Assembly (NCBI GenBank): GCA_030640565.1
Contig: DAOWJD010000003.1
Coordinates: 1 to 38,671, forward strand
Length of the DNA: 38,671 nt
Source: Nanobdellota archaeon
GTDB lineage: Archaea > Nanobdellota > Nanobdellia > Pacearchaeales > GW2011-AR1
Direction: 5' to 3'
Shown here: one piece after another, positions 25,364 to 34,345 of the stretch
How positions within the stretch are numbered: the first letter of the stretch is position 1
Layout of the letters: the number at the start of each line of letters is the position of its first letter
Notes under the pieces: generated by a model
Seen by the model: the letters and a program-made list of their open reading frames with translations, nothing else
Database searches by the model: none
Told to the model about the DNA's origin: nothing
Position numbers and translations under genes: made by a program

Positions 25364-26665
25364 CTATTTCTTCTTTTTTGAAAGGATTATTATTGTGTAT
25401 ACCATTGCTATGATAATAAGTGTTGCAACAAGGCTATAAAGATTAAAGAAGGGAAGTGGAATCTGCGCAGGACATGGAGTGTCCCTATGTCCCTCTTTAC
25501 ATTGATCTGCTAAGGCTTGATTCTCTTCTCGACATGTAGGATTACACCCGTCATCCCATGTCCATAAAGCTGTCCAGTCAAATGTTAAAAATCCATCATC
25601 ACAATTATCTTCTGTGAATTGCGTGTAAACACATGTTCCTACTTCAGAACCACCACTCTCAACTGTCCAACTAAAAGCACATTCACTTGTTGTAATATTC
25701 CATGTACAACCACAATTCATTGTTGGGTCTTCACAATCTACAGTAGTTGGAGTACTATCTTGAAGATTAATGTTACAAAAATTAGAATTACAATCATCTT
25801 CATCAGTATAACCTTTACAGAGAATAGGTTCTGGATCATAAGGACATTCAGCAAGAACAAGAAGATCTGGCGTACTACTTGTCACAGTTTCATCTGGGTT
25901 AGCAACAACTGTTGCAACAAAAGAATATTTATCATCATGAGAAGGATTTGCAGTCCATATTCCAGACACACTAGTGCTTCCTGACTCGAAAACAACATTC
26001 TCAGGATTTGTGCATCCACTAATTTCACCATCACAAGCATCAGAACCTCTAAAAACTTCAAAAGAAATAGTTTCTCCATCGCAACTTGTTCCATTAACTA
26101 TTACATCTACATTTGTTTCTTCAACAACTGTTTCAGATTCCCATGTTGCAGATGTTAACTCGCATATTTCAGGATATTCAATTACACAACAAATTTTTGA
26201 CTCATAATTTTGGCTGTCTACAGCTTCAATATGGGCATTTATCAAATTAGATATGTAAACCACTTCGATTTCACCAATTCCACAACTAAATCCTGAATCA
26301 ACACTACTACAATCTTTTAAACTATCATAACAAACATCAGTAGCATAATTTGGAGAGATTAAATCAGGTGCTTCTGCATGAGCATTTGTAGAAGAAGATA
26401 AAGCAATAATTTTATTATTATCTGTACAAGTTGTATCTCCTGTTCCAAAATTACAACATAAAACAGGAACAAAAGTTCCTTGATCTGCCAATGCTCCATG
26501 AGCATTTGTAGAATCAGAAATGCTCATTACAACTTTATATTCATTATTCTCACAATCAGCAGAGCCCCCCATTTCAACCCAGCACATATCAACAGCAGAA
26601 ACAGTGTTAAGTAATATTATTGTTAAAAATAAAAACCCCAGCAGTATCAATATCTTTTTTGACAT
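25364..26665 (-). CDS. Secreted Cys-rich protein with three NAH-motif modules and a C-terminal TM anchor plus KKKK tail
   Basis: Signal peptide MSKKILILLGFLFLTIILLNTVSA-VD from the ATG at 26665; the ORF-track start at 26704 is a TTG. Three C-x(n)-S-x-x-x-NAH-x(n)-CC modules, more than 30 Cys, C-terminal IPLPFFN + TM + KKKK. Confidence 0.75.
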   Translation of the reverse strand: MSKKILILLGFLFLTIILLNTVSAVDMCWVEMGGSADCENNEYKVVMSISDSTNAHGALADQGTFVPVLCCNFGTGDTTCTDNNKIIALSSSTNAHAEAPDLISPNYATDVCYDSLKDCSSVDSGFSCGIGEIEVVYISNLINAHIEAVDSQNYESKICCVIEYPEICELTSATWESETVVEETNVDVIVNGTSCDGETISFEVFRGSDACDGEISGCTNPENVVFESGSTSVSGIWTANPSHDDKYSFVATVVANPDETVTSSTPDLLVLAECPYDPEPILCKGYTDEDDCNSNFCNINLQDSTPTTVDCEDPTMNCGCTWNITTSECAFSWTVESGGSEVGTCVYTQFTEDNCDDGFLTFDWTALWTWDDGCNPTCREENQALADQCKEGHRDTPCPAQIPLPFFNLYSLVATLIIIAMVYTIIILSKKKK

Positions 26666-26691
26666 TTTTAATTGAATTTTATTATTTATTT

Positions 26692-27123
26692 TTATCTGCA
26701 ACAAACTTGTCCTTGTATTGGAGGATTATCAGATGAAACCAATTTTCTTATTATTTTAATTCCACTTTGAACACATTCCCCATTTGCATCAGCAGTTTTC
26801 CATGTTCCTCCTAACCCTGTTACACATGTTTGGTCTGATTCTTGTTGAACAAAACAAGATATTGCAGGACATGTTTCAACATTATATTCTGTGTATAAAG
26901 AATTTTTTGAAAGCTCATCACATGTAGTTATTAATTCATTAGTTACCTTTCTTTCAACAACACAAAAAGCTGTTTTTTGGTTACTTTCACAAGCAAAACT
27001 GCACTGAACATCAATGGGATTTGGTTCTTCTCCTTCTTTATCTAAAATTAAAACAATTCCTACTATAATAACTATTAAAACAAGAATAGCTATAATAACC
27101 CAAATAAGTTTTTTATTACCCAT
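26692..27123 (-). CDS. Small N-terminally anchored Cys-rich extracytoplasmic protein (143 aa)
   Basis: TM helix LIWVIIAILVLIVIIVGIVLIL followed by a 12-Cys ectodomain ending in VCCR. Confidence 0.65.
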   Translation of the reverse strand: MGNKKLIWVIIAILVLIVIIVGIVLILDKEGEEPNPIDVQCSFACESNQKTAFCVVERKVTNELITTCDELSKNSLYTEYNVETCPAISCFVQQESDQTCVTGLGGTWKTADANGECVQSGIKIIRKLVSSDNPPIQGQVCCR

Positions 27124-27203
27124 CTCTTTTTTTACCTAGATATATTAATAAGTTCTATTTTATAAATATTCTTCTTTTATCCTATATCTTTTGTAAAAAA
27201 ATT

Positions 27204-29744
27204 CTAAGAAGCAAAAACAGACTTAATTTTTCCACCTATAAATGAAATTACCTCTCTTATGATATTTGATATGGATTTCATAATATTGTTCTTGTCAGCG
27301 TTTGATTGAAGATATATTGTTCCGTCATAAGGTAAGTCTACATTAACACCATTAAAAGAGCCAGTATTATCAAAATCAATCACATTATCGTCATTTGAAT
27401 TCTGTTGTTCTCCTGTAAAATCATTCTCTTCGTCATCTTCTTCAGGTCCAAAATAATATTCATTAGGAGTTCCAGTTATCTGGCTTTCTCCATAAAACCC
27501 AAGTCCAAGAATATTTTCTAGATAATCTACACTAGGATATTTTGCAAGAGGAAATGTCATGAATGTTTCTTCATAAATAAGTTTTCCTGTTTTTTTGTCT
27601 GCAGGACCTGTTATAGATAAAGGTGTTCCTGCTATCATAATACTTTGATTAGAAGGCATAGATACAGATACAGGAAGATCCCCTCCAATAAATATGTGCC
27701 CAAATTCATGAGAGATAGTTCTATTATTAATATAGGTTCCTCCAAACTTAGGACGTAAGTATACTGTTCCACCATAACCAATTATACCTCCTGCTTTCCT
27801 AGGTTCTGCAAGTCCGTTATAGTACATATTCAAATAAGGAACAACAATTATCCATCCAGGGTCTGCAACTACTCTTACTTTTGGATCAACATGATATTCA
27901 TAGAAATCAAAATGTCCATCACTCCCATTTACAATAAATACTTGCTCTTCATTTATACTATAATTTCCAATAATTCCACTAATATCATTTAAGTCAAGTA
28001 TTTTGTTTTTTATAGTATTCTGATGCTCTTCTGTGAATGTTCCATTTTCTGCTCCAAAAGGATTTTCACTAAGAATCTCAATTCCTATAAGACCGGTATA
28101 ATTTTCAAAATCAGGAAATTCTGAAAGATATTCTCCGTCAAAATCAAATCTTGTGTTTGGTCTGTCCCCTGTTAGTTCTGTCATAAACTGTCTGAATAAT
28201 ACAGGATCATCTTCATAAGGAGCATAAGGCACAGCTCGAACCAAGACACCTGAATGATCATCACCAGCGAGTTCAATTGTTCTTACATAACCTTCATAGT
28301 TTTCATCTGTTCCAATTCTCGCCTGCAGAATAATTTCCTCTAAGTCTGATGCTCTTTCATTTATTTGAAAACTAAATATTCCATTAGAAGTTGTCTCAAT
28401 TTTTCCTGAACCGATATTGATAGAGGTACCTTCATATATTTGGTTGATTTCTAAAGGAAGATAATCACTTGAATAAACCCTTATTACTCCTTGTATTTCA
28501 GTATCATCTTCATTGTTTTCTAAAACACCCGACATATCAACAAGATTATAAATAAATCCTTCAAGCATGGCGGTTCCTTGTTCTCCTTCAAAATCTCCAA
28601 ATTCAAGTTCTACTTCATAATCTCCTGTTTCATCTCTGTTTCCTTCAAGTGTCAAAAGACCGCCAGAATTAACAGAGGCATTTATTTTGCTAGAACTTGC
28701 AGAAAGATAAGCCACAGGATTGTCTTCAGGATTTATATCTGTAGGAACAGGAAGTGTTATTACCTTTAAACTTTCTTCATTAAAGTTCTCATTAGGAATA
28801 GAACCAACCACAGGAGCATAATCTGGAATATCAATATAATCTGTCTCATTTAAATCATATCCAACAGCTTCAAGTATAAAGCGATAATCTCCTTTTGTCG
28901 CTCCATGAATCTCATAGCTAAAAGTTTCAGTATATGAAGGAATAGTGATATCTCTTGTTATAATTAGCTCATAGTTGTCTGAACCAAACTCTTTATAATA
29001 AACTTCTAATACTGCGCTGTCTAATTCTGAGAGAGTTGCATAATACTCAACATTAACATAATCACTAAGATTAACTGTTTGCAAAAGAGAAGGATTTGGA
29101 ATCCATATTACTGTAAGAGTATATGGTTGGGTGTCTGTATCTATTTCATCTGAAACAACAACTTCAACATCAAAATCAGTATCTTCATCAACTTCAGGGG
29201 CTGTTCCTGTGATTAAACCAGAACCAGAATTTATTGAAAGCCATCCAGGAGCATCTGAAAGAGAGTAGGTTAGCGCGTGATTATCCTGGTCTGTAGCTTC
29301 AACCTGATAATTATAAGATTCACCTTCATCAACTTCTGTAACTGGATCAGAATTTATTACAGGAGGATAATTAATAACATCCAGATAAAGGATAGTACTC
29401 ATATCTCCAAAGCCATCAGATCCAAGAATTCTTACCTGAAAATCATCTGGCATAGAATAAATACCCTGATTAACAGTATATATCTGGGCAAAACTATTTT
29501 GATTAACTACTCTGTCTTCAAAAGTATGAATTAAATCATTACCAGAATCATACAACTTTATGCTTATTGTCATTGGAGGAGATATTGTTCCGAAAAAAGC
29601 ACTGAAATCCACTGAATCTCCGTCCTCTATTTCAATTGATTGTGCATGATTGTCATTCCATTCTCCGTAAACAACAACAGCGCTTACAGTATTAACTAGA
29701 AAAATTAAAAATACAGCCAAAAACAAAATTTTTATTGCTTTCAT
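27204..29744 (-). CDS. Secreted 846-aa protein with a He_PIG / cadherin-like Ig domain and a C-terminal HEXXH metalloprotease-like region
   Basis: Signal peptide MKAIKILFLAVFLIFLVNTVSA. PPVINSDPVTEVDEGESYNYQVEATDQDNHALTYSLSDAPGWLSINSGSGLITGT at 29106-29369. HEFGH at 27696-27710. Confidence 0.75.
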   Translation of the reverse strand: MKAIKILFLAVFLIFLVNTVSAVVVYGEWNDNHAQSIEIEDGDSVDFSAFFGTISPPMTISIKLYDSGNDLIHTFEDRVVNQNSFAQIYTVNQGIYSMPDDFQVRILGSDGFGDMSTILYLDVINYPPVINSDPVTEVDEGESYNYQVEATDQDNHALTYSLSDAPGWLSINSGSGLITGTAPEVDEDTDFDVEVVVSDEIDTDTQPYTLTVIWIPNPSLLQTVNLSDYVNVEYYATLSELDSAVLEVYYKEFGSDNYELIITRDITIPSYTETFSYEIHGATKGDYRFILEAVGYDLNETDYIDIPDYAPVVGSIPNENFNEESLKVITLPVPTDINPEDNPVAYLSASSSKINASVNSGGLLTLEGNRDETGDYEVELEFGDFEGEQGTAMLEGFIYNLVDMSGVLENNEDDTEIQGVIRVYSSDYLPLEINQIYEGTSINIGSGKIETTSNGIFSFQINERASDLEEIILQARIGTDENYEGYVRTIELAGDDHSGVLVRAVPYAPYEDDPVLFRQFMTELTGDRPNTRFDFDGEYLSEFPDFENYTGLIGIEILSENPFGAENGTFTEEHQNTIKNKILDLNDISGIIGNYSINEEQVFIVNGSDGHFDFYEYHVDPKVRVVADPGWIIVVPYLNMYYNGLAEPRKAGGIIGYGGTVYLRPKFGGTYINNRTISHEFGHIFIGGDLPVSVSMPSNQSIMIAGTPLSITGPADKKTGKLIYEETFMTFPLAKYPSVDYLENILGLGFYGESQITGTPNEYYFGPEEDDEENDFTGEQQNSNDDNVIDFDNTGSFNGVNVDLPYDGTIYLQSNADKNNIMKSISNIIREVISFIGGKIKSVFAS

Positions 29745-30415
29745 TATCTGTTCCCCCTTCTAGAAAAAGATAAAATTGCTCTTAGATTGACATACATCCC
29801 TCTTTTTAATCCATTTTTTTTAGAACTTATTTCATAACCAAGATTTGGATTTAATTCTAACCCTTTAATTATTTCGAAACTAGGACCGGCATAGACATTC
29901 CAGACAAATTTTTTTTCTAAAACAGAGCTAGTATTTGAGGCAAGTAAAGACTCTTCACTACCTGTTCTCCTTACTAAATTTTCTTCTATCTTTCTGGTGT
30001 GGCCCTCTAGATATCCGCCAATTCCAGTAACCCAAGATATTCCTTTTGCAAGAGGCTGATGATATTCAAAAGATGCTCCAATAGATGGTGAGAAATCCTT
30101 AAGGTCTTCTCTACCTTGGAAATAAACATTTCCAAACATTTCTTCTTCAGTATTCTGTAAATTTATGTTAGGGTATGAACTTATAGGAATGTTTCCTACC
30201 AAAGCAAATCTATTGTATTTTACACCAAATTCTATTCCAAATGATTTATTGATCTCAATTCCTCTTCTTGCTCCTAATATAATTGATAATGGAGCTTTTT
30301 CTTTTTTAGAAGAATCAGACGCATAAACTGCTTGTGAAGGTGATAAGCATGTAGCTAATGCAGCACCTGCCACTATTTTTTTAAAATTAACTTTTTTACT
30401 ATGCCTTTTCGCCAT
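29744..30415 (-). CDS. Exported beta-strand-rich protein (possible lipoprotein / beta-barrel-like), TAATG-coupled to the 846-aa gene
   Basis: Basic N-terminus followed by IVAGAALATC (lipobox-like) and AVYA-SD. Alternating-pattern strands. Last strand is VNLRAILSF. Confidence 0.6.
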   Translation of the reverse strand: MAKRHSKKVNFKKIVAGAALATCLSPSQAVYASDSSKKEKAPLSIILGARRGIEINKSFGIEFGVKYNRFALVGNIPISSYPNINLQNTEEEMFGNVYFQGREDLKDFSPSIGASFEYHQPLAKGISWVTGIGGYLEGHTRKIEENLVRRTGSEESLLASNTSSVLEKKFVWNVYAGPSFEIIKGLELNPNLGYEISSKKNGLKRGMYVNLRAILSFSRRGNR

Positions 30416-30436
30416 AAAAGTGTTACTACTTTGCGG

Positions 30437-30444
30437 TTTATATA
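30437..30444 (-). promoter_or_regulatory. TATA-like box (reads TATATAAA on the minus strand) for the 30415 gene
   Basis: Centre is about 26 nt upstream of the ATG at 30415. Confidence 0.4.
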
Positions 30445-30501
30445 GTTTACTATTAGAACACCATCTTTAGTTCTAAATTAATTAATACAATATAAGTGAA
30501 T

Positions 30502-30855
30502 CTAGGGGGTGTCACGATTGCCATAACTAATATTCTTATTTGACACAGTATCGATTAGGTCTCTCACATCATTTCTTTTGTCAAGCGTATGGTCATATAT
30601 TACTTGCAATCTTTCTTGTTCTTCCTTTGAGCTCTTATAATAATACATAAAATCTTTAAGGTTATTCATGCGATGATCACAGTTTTCTACAGTTATACTT
30701 CCTACTGTTCTCAATTTTTGTACCATTTTTTGTCTCATTTCTTGATTTCCGTTTTTATAGCCTGTTTCATACAAGGTTTTACCACCAAAATAACTTCCAG
30801 TAGTAATTAGACTAATTCCTACAAGTCCGAGTGCAATTTTTTGTTTCAATTTCAT
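30502..30855 (-). CDS. Small N-terminally anchored protein (117 aa), first gene of the surface array
   Basis: TM/signal anchor IALGLVGISLITTGSYF. GGAGG lies 8 nt upstream of the ATG. Confidence 0.6.
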   Translation of the reverse strand: MKLKQKIALGLVGISLITTGSYFGGKTLYETGYKNGNQEMRQKMVQKLRTVGSITVENCDHRMNNLKDFMYYYKSSKEEQERLQVIYDHTLDKRNDVRDLIDTVSNKNISYGNRDTP

Positions 30856-30958
30856 TTTAATACCTCCATCATAATTTAATTGTTACTATTTAGTAGTATA
30901 TTGTAATATTTAAATCTTCCGATTCAAATTTTTATTAAAAACAAAAGATTTATATATA

Positions 30959-31948
30959 ATGGTTGCAATAGATAAAATTATGAGACTAGACATCCTTGAC
31001 AAGAAAATATTATATGAACTTGAATTAGATTCATCACAATCTTGTGTTTCAATAGCTAAAAAACTAAAACGATCAAAAGAGTTAATCAATTTTAGAATAC
31101 ATCGTTTAGAGAAAGATAAGATTCTTCTTGGATGCAGTGCAATAGTGGATATGTCAAAACTAGGCTATTCCACATTCCGAATTTATCTTCGTTGGCAGAA
31201 TATGACTAACGAACAAAAGAAACAATCTTATGATGAAATAAAAGTAAAAGAAAATATTTGGGCTACAACAGTTCTTCATGGTAAATGGGATTTTGCATTT
31301 TTTATAGGTGTAAAATCAGATTATTATATCGAATCTTTTCAGAAGATATGGAATGAAATATTATCTAAATATAAAAATAAAATTGCAGAGAGTAAAATTG
31401 CGATATATTCACCAGTGCATAATTTCAATAAACGATTTTTTATTGATTTTAGCATGCCAGTAAAAATTATCGAACGTATTTACGGAAATAGTTCACCAAT
31501 AGATTTTGATGAAATGGATGAAAAAATTATAAATGTTTATGCAAGTAATGTAAGAACTCCATTAACAAAAATCTCAGAAAAACTTAAAATCACCTCTGAA
31601 GCAGTTAGAAAAAGAATAAAAAAGCTTGAGAATAAAAAAATTATTGTTGGCTACAAAATCAATTTAAATCTTCCAAAAATAGGTTATCAAGGATATAGGG
31701 TTGATTTTTTGTTAAATTCTATATCAAGAAATAAAGAGATTTTTCAATATATTCAAAAACACAAATATTTTTATCAAATAAACCGTTCAATTGGTGGAGC
31801 TGATTTCGAAACAGAAATAGTTGTTAAAAATTTAAACCATCTATTAGAAATTCTTGAAGAAGTAGTAAAAAAATTTAGCGATGTTATTAAAGCGTATGAA
31901 TACTTTGGTTATTCAGAATTCCCAACTCTTTCAATCGTACCCGATTAA
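30959..31948 (+). CDS. Tandem (two-unit) Lrp/AsnC-family transcriptional regulator
   Basis: Two HTH_AsnC-like segments (LDKKILYELELDSSQSCVSIAKKLKRSKELINFRIHRLEKDKIL and MDEKIINVYASNVRTPLTKISEKLKITSEAVRKRIKKLENKKII). Each is followed by an RAM-like alpha/beta segment. Confidence 0.8.
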   Translation: MVAIDKIMRLDILDKKILYELELDSSQSCVSIAKKLKRSKELINFRIHRLEKDKILLGCSAIVDMSKLGYSTFRIYLRWQNMTNEQKKQSYDEIKVKENIWATTVLHGKWDFAFFIGVKSDYYIESFQKIWNEILSKYKNKIAESKIAIYSPVHNFNKRFFIDFSMPVKIIERIYGNSSPIDFDEMDEKIINVYASNVRTPLTKISEKLKITSEAVRKRIKKLENKKIIVGYKINLNLPKIGYQGYRVDFLLNSISRNKEIFQYIQKHKYFYQINRSIGGADFETEIVVKNLNHLLEILEEVVKKFSDVIKAYEYFGYSEFPTLSIVPD

Positions 31949-31991
31949 TTTAAAAAAGTAAACATAAAAATTATTTATGATTTTTAAAAAC

Positions 31992-33404
31992 TTACCCAAT
32001 CATAACTGCAATAGGTTTTAATTTAGCTACTTTTTTGCTTAAATTGGCTTTTTCAGTAACTTTTATTACTTCTTCTACATCTTTGTATGACAATTCAGAT
32101 TCTTCCATTGTCCCTTTAAAACTTCCTTCAAGAATTATATTCTTTTTTGCAAGAATATCTTTTACCTGTTTTTGGTTTAAGGTTTTGTGGGTCCAACTTC
32201 TGCTGTGAGCTCTGCCAGCCCCATGAGCACTTGATGAAAATGAAATCGTTTCAGCTTCTTTTTTCCCTACTAAAACAAAAGAATTAGTACTCATACTTCC
32301 AGGGATTAGAACAGGCTGCCCAACTTTTCTATACACTTCAGATAGTTCTTTTCTGCCAGGTCCAAAACTCCGTGTTGCTCCTTTCCGCACCACTAACACA
32401 TTCTTTTTTTTATTGTCTATCATATGCTCTTCAATTTTTGCAATATTATGACAAACATCATACACTAAACTAGATTTTTTATCTGGAAAATCTTCTTTTA
32501 ATATTTTTCTTATCTCATGCATAATCATTTGTCTATTACAAAATGCGAAATTCGCAGAACACCTCATCGCTGAAAGATATTTTTGACCAATATTGCTATT
32601 TATTGGTGCATAAACAAGTTCTCTATCAGGCAAGTCTTTAGTGCCATATTTATCTTCTGTTAATTTAAGATAATCAGAAGCTACTTGATGCCCTAATCCA
32701 CGAGAACCACAATGAATCATTATTCCTATTTTTCCCTTTTCTAAGCCAAAAACTTTTGCAGTATCTTTATCATAAATTTCATCAATAACCATAATATCAA
32801 TAAAATGATTTCCAGCTCCCAAGGTTCCTAGTTGAGGTAAGCCTCTAGCTATAGCTCTTTCTGAAACATCCTCTGGGTTTGCTCCACTCATTCTTCCATT
32901 TTCCTCTATCCTTTCCAAATCTTCTTTAGTACCATAACCATTATCAATAGCCCATTTTGCACCGTCAACTAAAACTTTTTTTATTGTTTCTTTAGAATAT
33001 CTTTTTCCTCCTCTACCAACCCCTGATGGAATGGTTCTTTTTAGATTATGAAGTATTTTTTCTCTTTTTGGCATAAATTCTTCTTTAGAAATATTTGTTG
33101 TTAATAATCCAACCCCACAATTAATATCATAGCCAATTTCTCCTGGTGAAATTACGCCTTTTTCTAAGTCATATGCAGCTACCCCACCAATACATGCTCC
33201 ATAGCCTTGGTGAGCGTCAGGAAGCACCACAATGTTCTTTAAAACTCCTGGTAAATATGCCATGTTTATTGCCTGTTTAATAGTGTCATCCCGTTTTATT
33301 CCTTCAAGTATTTTTTTAGATGCAATTATCAAAATAGGTACTTGCATTTTTTTCTGTTTTTCTATTTTCCAAAGATTTTCTTCTATTTTTTTGATTTCAA
33401 CCAT
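31992..33404 (-). CDS. rtcB: RtcB RNA 3'-phosphate ligase (tRNA-splicing ligase)
   Basis: PDAHQGYG, GYDINCG, GAGNHFI, HCGSRGLGHQV and SAHGAGR motifs. Collinear and full length (470 aa), so no intein. Confidence 0.93.
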   Translation of the reverse strand: MVEIKKIEENLWKIEKQKKMQVPILIIASKKILEGIKRDDTIKQAINMAYLPGVLKNIVVLPDAHQGYGACIGGVAAYDLEKGVISPGEIGYDINCGVGLLTTNISKEEFMPKREKILHNLKRTIPSGVGRGGKRYSKETIKKVLVDGAKWAIDNGYGTKEDLERIEENGRMSGANPEDVSERAIARGLPQLGTLGAGNHFIDIMVIDEIYDKDTAKVFGLEKGKIGIMIHCGSRGLGHQVASDYLKLTEDKYGTKDLPDRELVYAPINSNIGQKYLSAMRCSANFAFCNRQMIMHEIRKILKEDFPDKKSSLVYDVCHNIAKIEEHMIDNKKKNVLVVRKGATRSFGPGRKELSEVYRKVGQPVLIPGSMSTNSFVLVGKKEAETISFSSSAHGAGRAHSRSWTHKTLNQKQVKDILAKKNIILEGSFKGTMEESELSYKDVEEVIKVTEKANLSKKVAKLKPIAVMIG

Positions 33405-34285
33405 TTTTCTACCTGAGTATTATCCAATAATTTATTCTTTATAGTTTTTTTTATTTCTTCATATTTATTTATACAAAGTTCAAAATAAATAGTTCCAACA
33501 CCATTTTTTCTTTTACCTGTCCTAGATTCAATATTATAAATTTTTTTTAAATATGATTTAAGTTGTAAAATATTTTTTTCTTTATTTGAGCACAATCTAA
33601 TCGTTTTATTCCCCCCACTTATTCTTGCTTTCTTTAACATAATCTCTTTAATGAATTCTTTAAGTTCACTTTTCTTATTTGAAAACTTCCAATAATAATT
33701 TACATAATCATTAACTGCTTCTTTTAATTTTTCTTTTTTACTTGGGTGCAAAAATCCAATCTTTTCTCCAAATTTTATTAAATTCTTTTTTCCATAAATC
33801 CTTAATGAAAAAATATCCCTATCAGTCCTTTTTTTAATTTTTGAAGATATTCCAAGATTTTTTAATATTTTCCCAATTTTTTCTAAACCTTTTTTATTAA
33901 CACTCTCTAATCCAATATGCCTATTTTGATGACTTTTACACGTAACCCATCCTTCACAATCAAAAAATGTTCTTAACCATTTTTTATAAAATTCCCTCTT
34001 TAATAAAGGCACCATCCATTCCCGAGAATAAAATGAACCAAACTTAGAAATAAATTTTTCATATAATTCTTTTTTTTGAACAACACATCTTTCCCCTTCA
34101 TATAATCTTGGTTGGATACCAAAATATTTTTTAAATCTTTCCTGAAAATCTTTTAATAAAATAATATTTGTATTTCTAAGTCCAATACAATAATATTTGT
34201 GTTTTTGAGTTTCTGGATTTTTTATTACATAACCATCAGCACACAAATAAGCATGAATAACAGCTAAGTTTTCATCAAATTTCAT
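33383..34285 (-). mobile_element. Free-standing double-motif LAGLIDADG homing-endonuclease-like gene
   Basis: Two LAGLIDADG-type helices about 95 residues apart: LAVIHAYLCADGYV and WLRTFFDCEGWV. Own ATG and stop. The 3' end overlaps the rtcB start by 22 nt. Confidence 0.8.
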
Positions 34286-34345
34286 ACATAAGTAAAGAAT
34301 CTAAAGTTTAAATACCTTATGTTTATCTGGAACTTTTCTTTTTAA

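Noticed and set aside
25619-25984. Antisense ORFs inside long genes (25619-25984, 25974-26207, 34961-35389, 140-475, 978-1214, 4088-4390, 28578-28769 and others).
   Set aside because: These are shadow ORFs opposite well-supported genes. Their translations are low-complexity (F/I/L/S/C-rich), and they have no motifs or upstream signals.
31992-34285. The LAGLIDADG ORF could be an intein of RtcB.
   Set aside because: RtcB aligns from its own Met (MVEIKKIEENLWKIEK...PDAHQGYG) and is collinear through all catalytic motifs. The endonuclease ORF is in a different frame with its own start and stop, and it lacks Hint-type terminal blocks; its C-terminus is ...WLKSKK, with no His-Asn.
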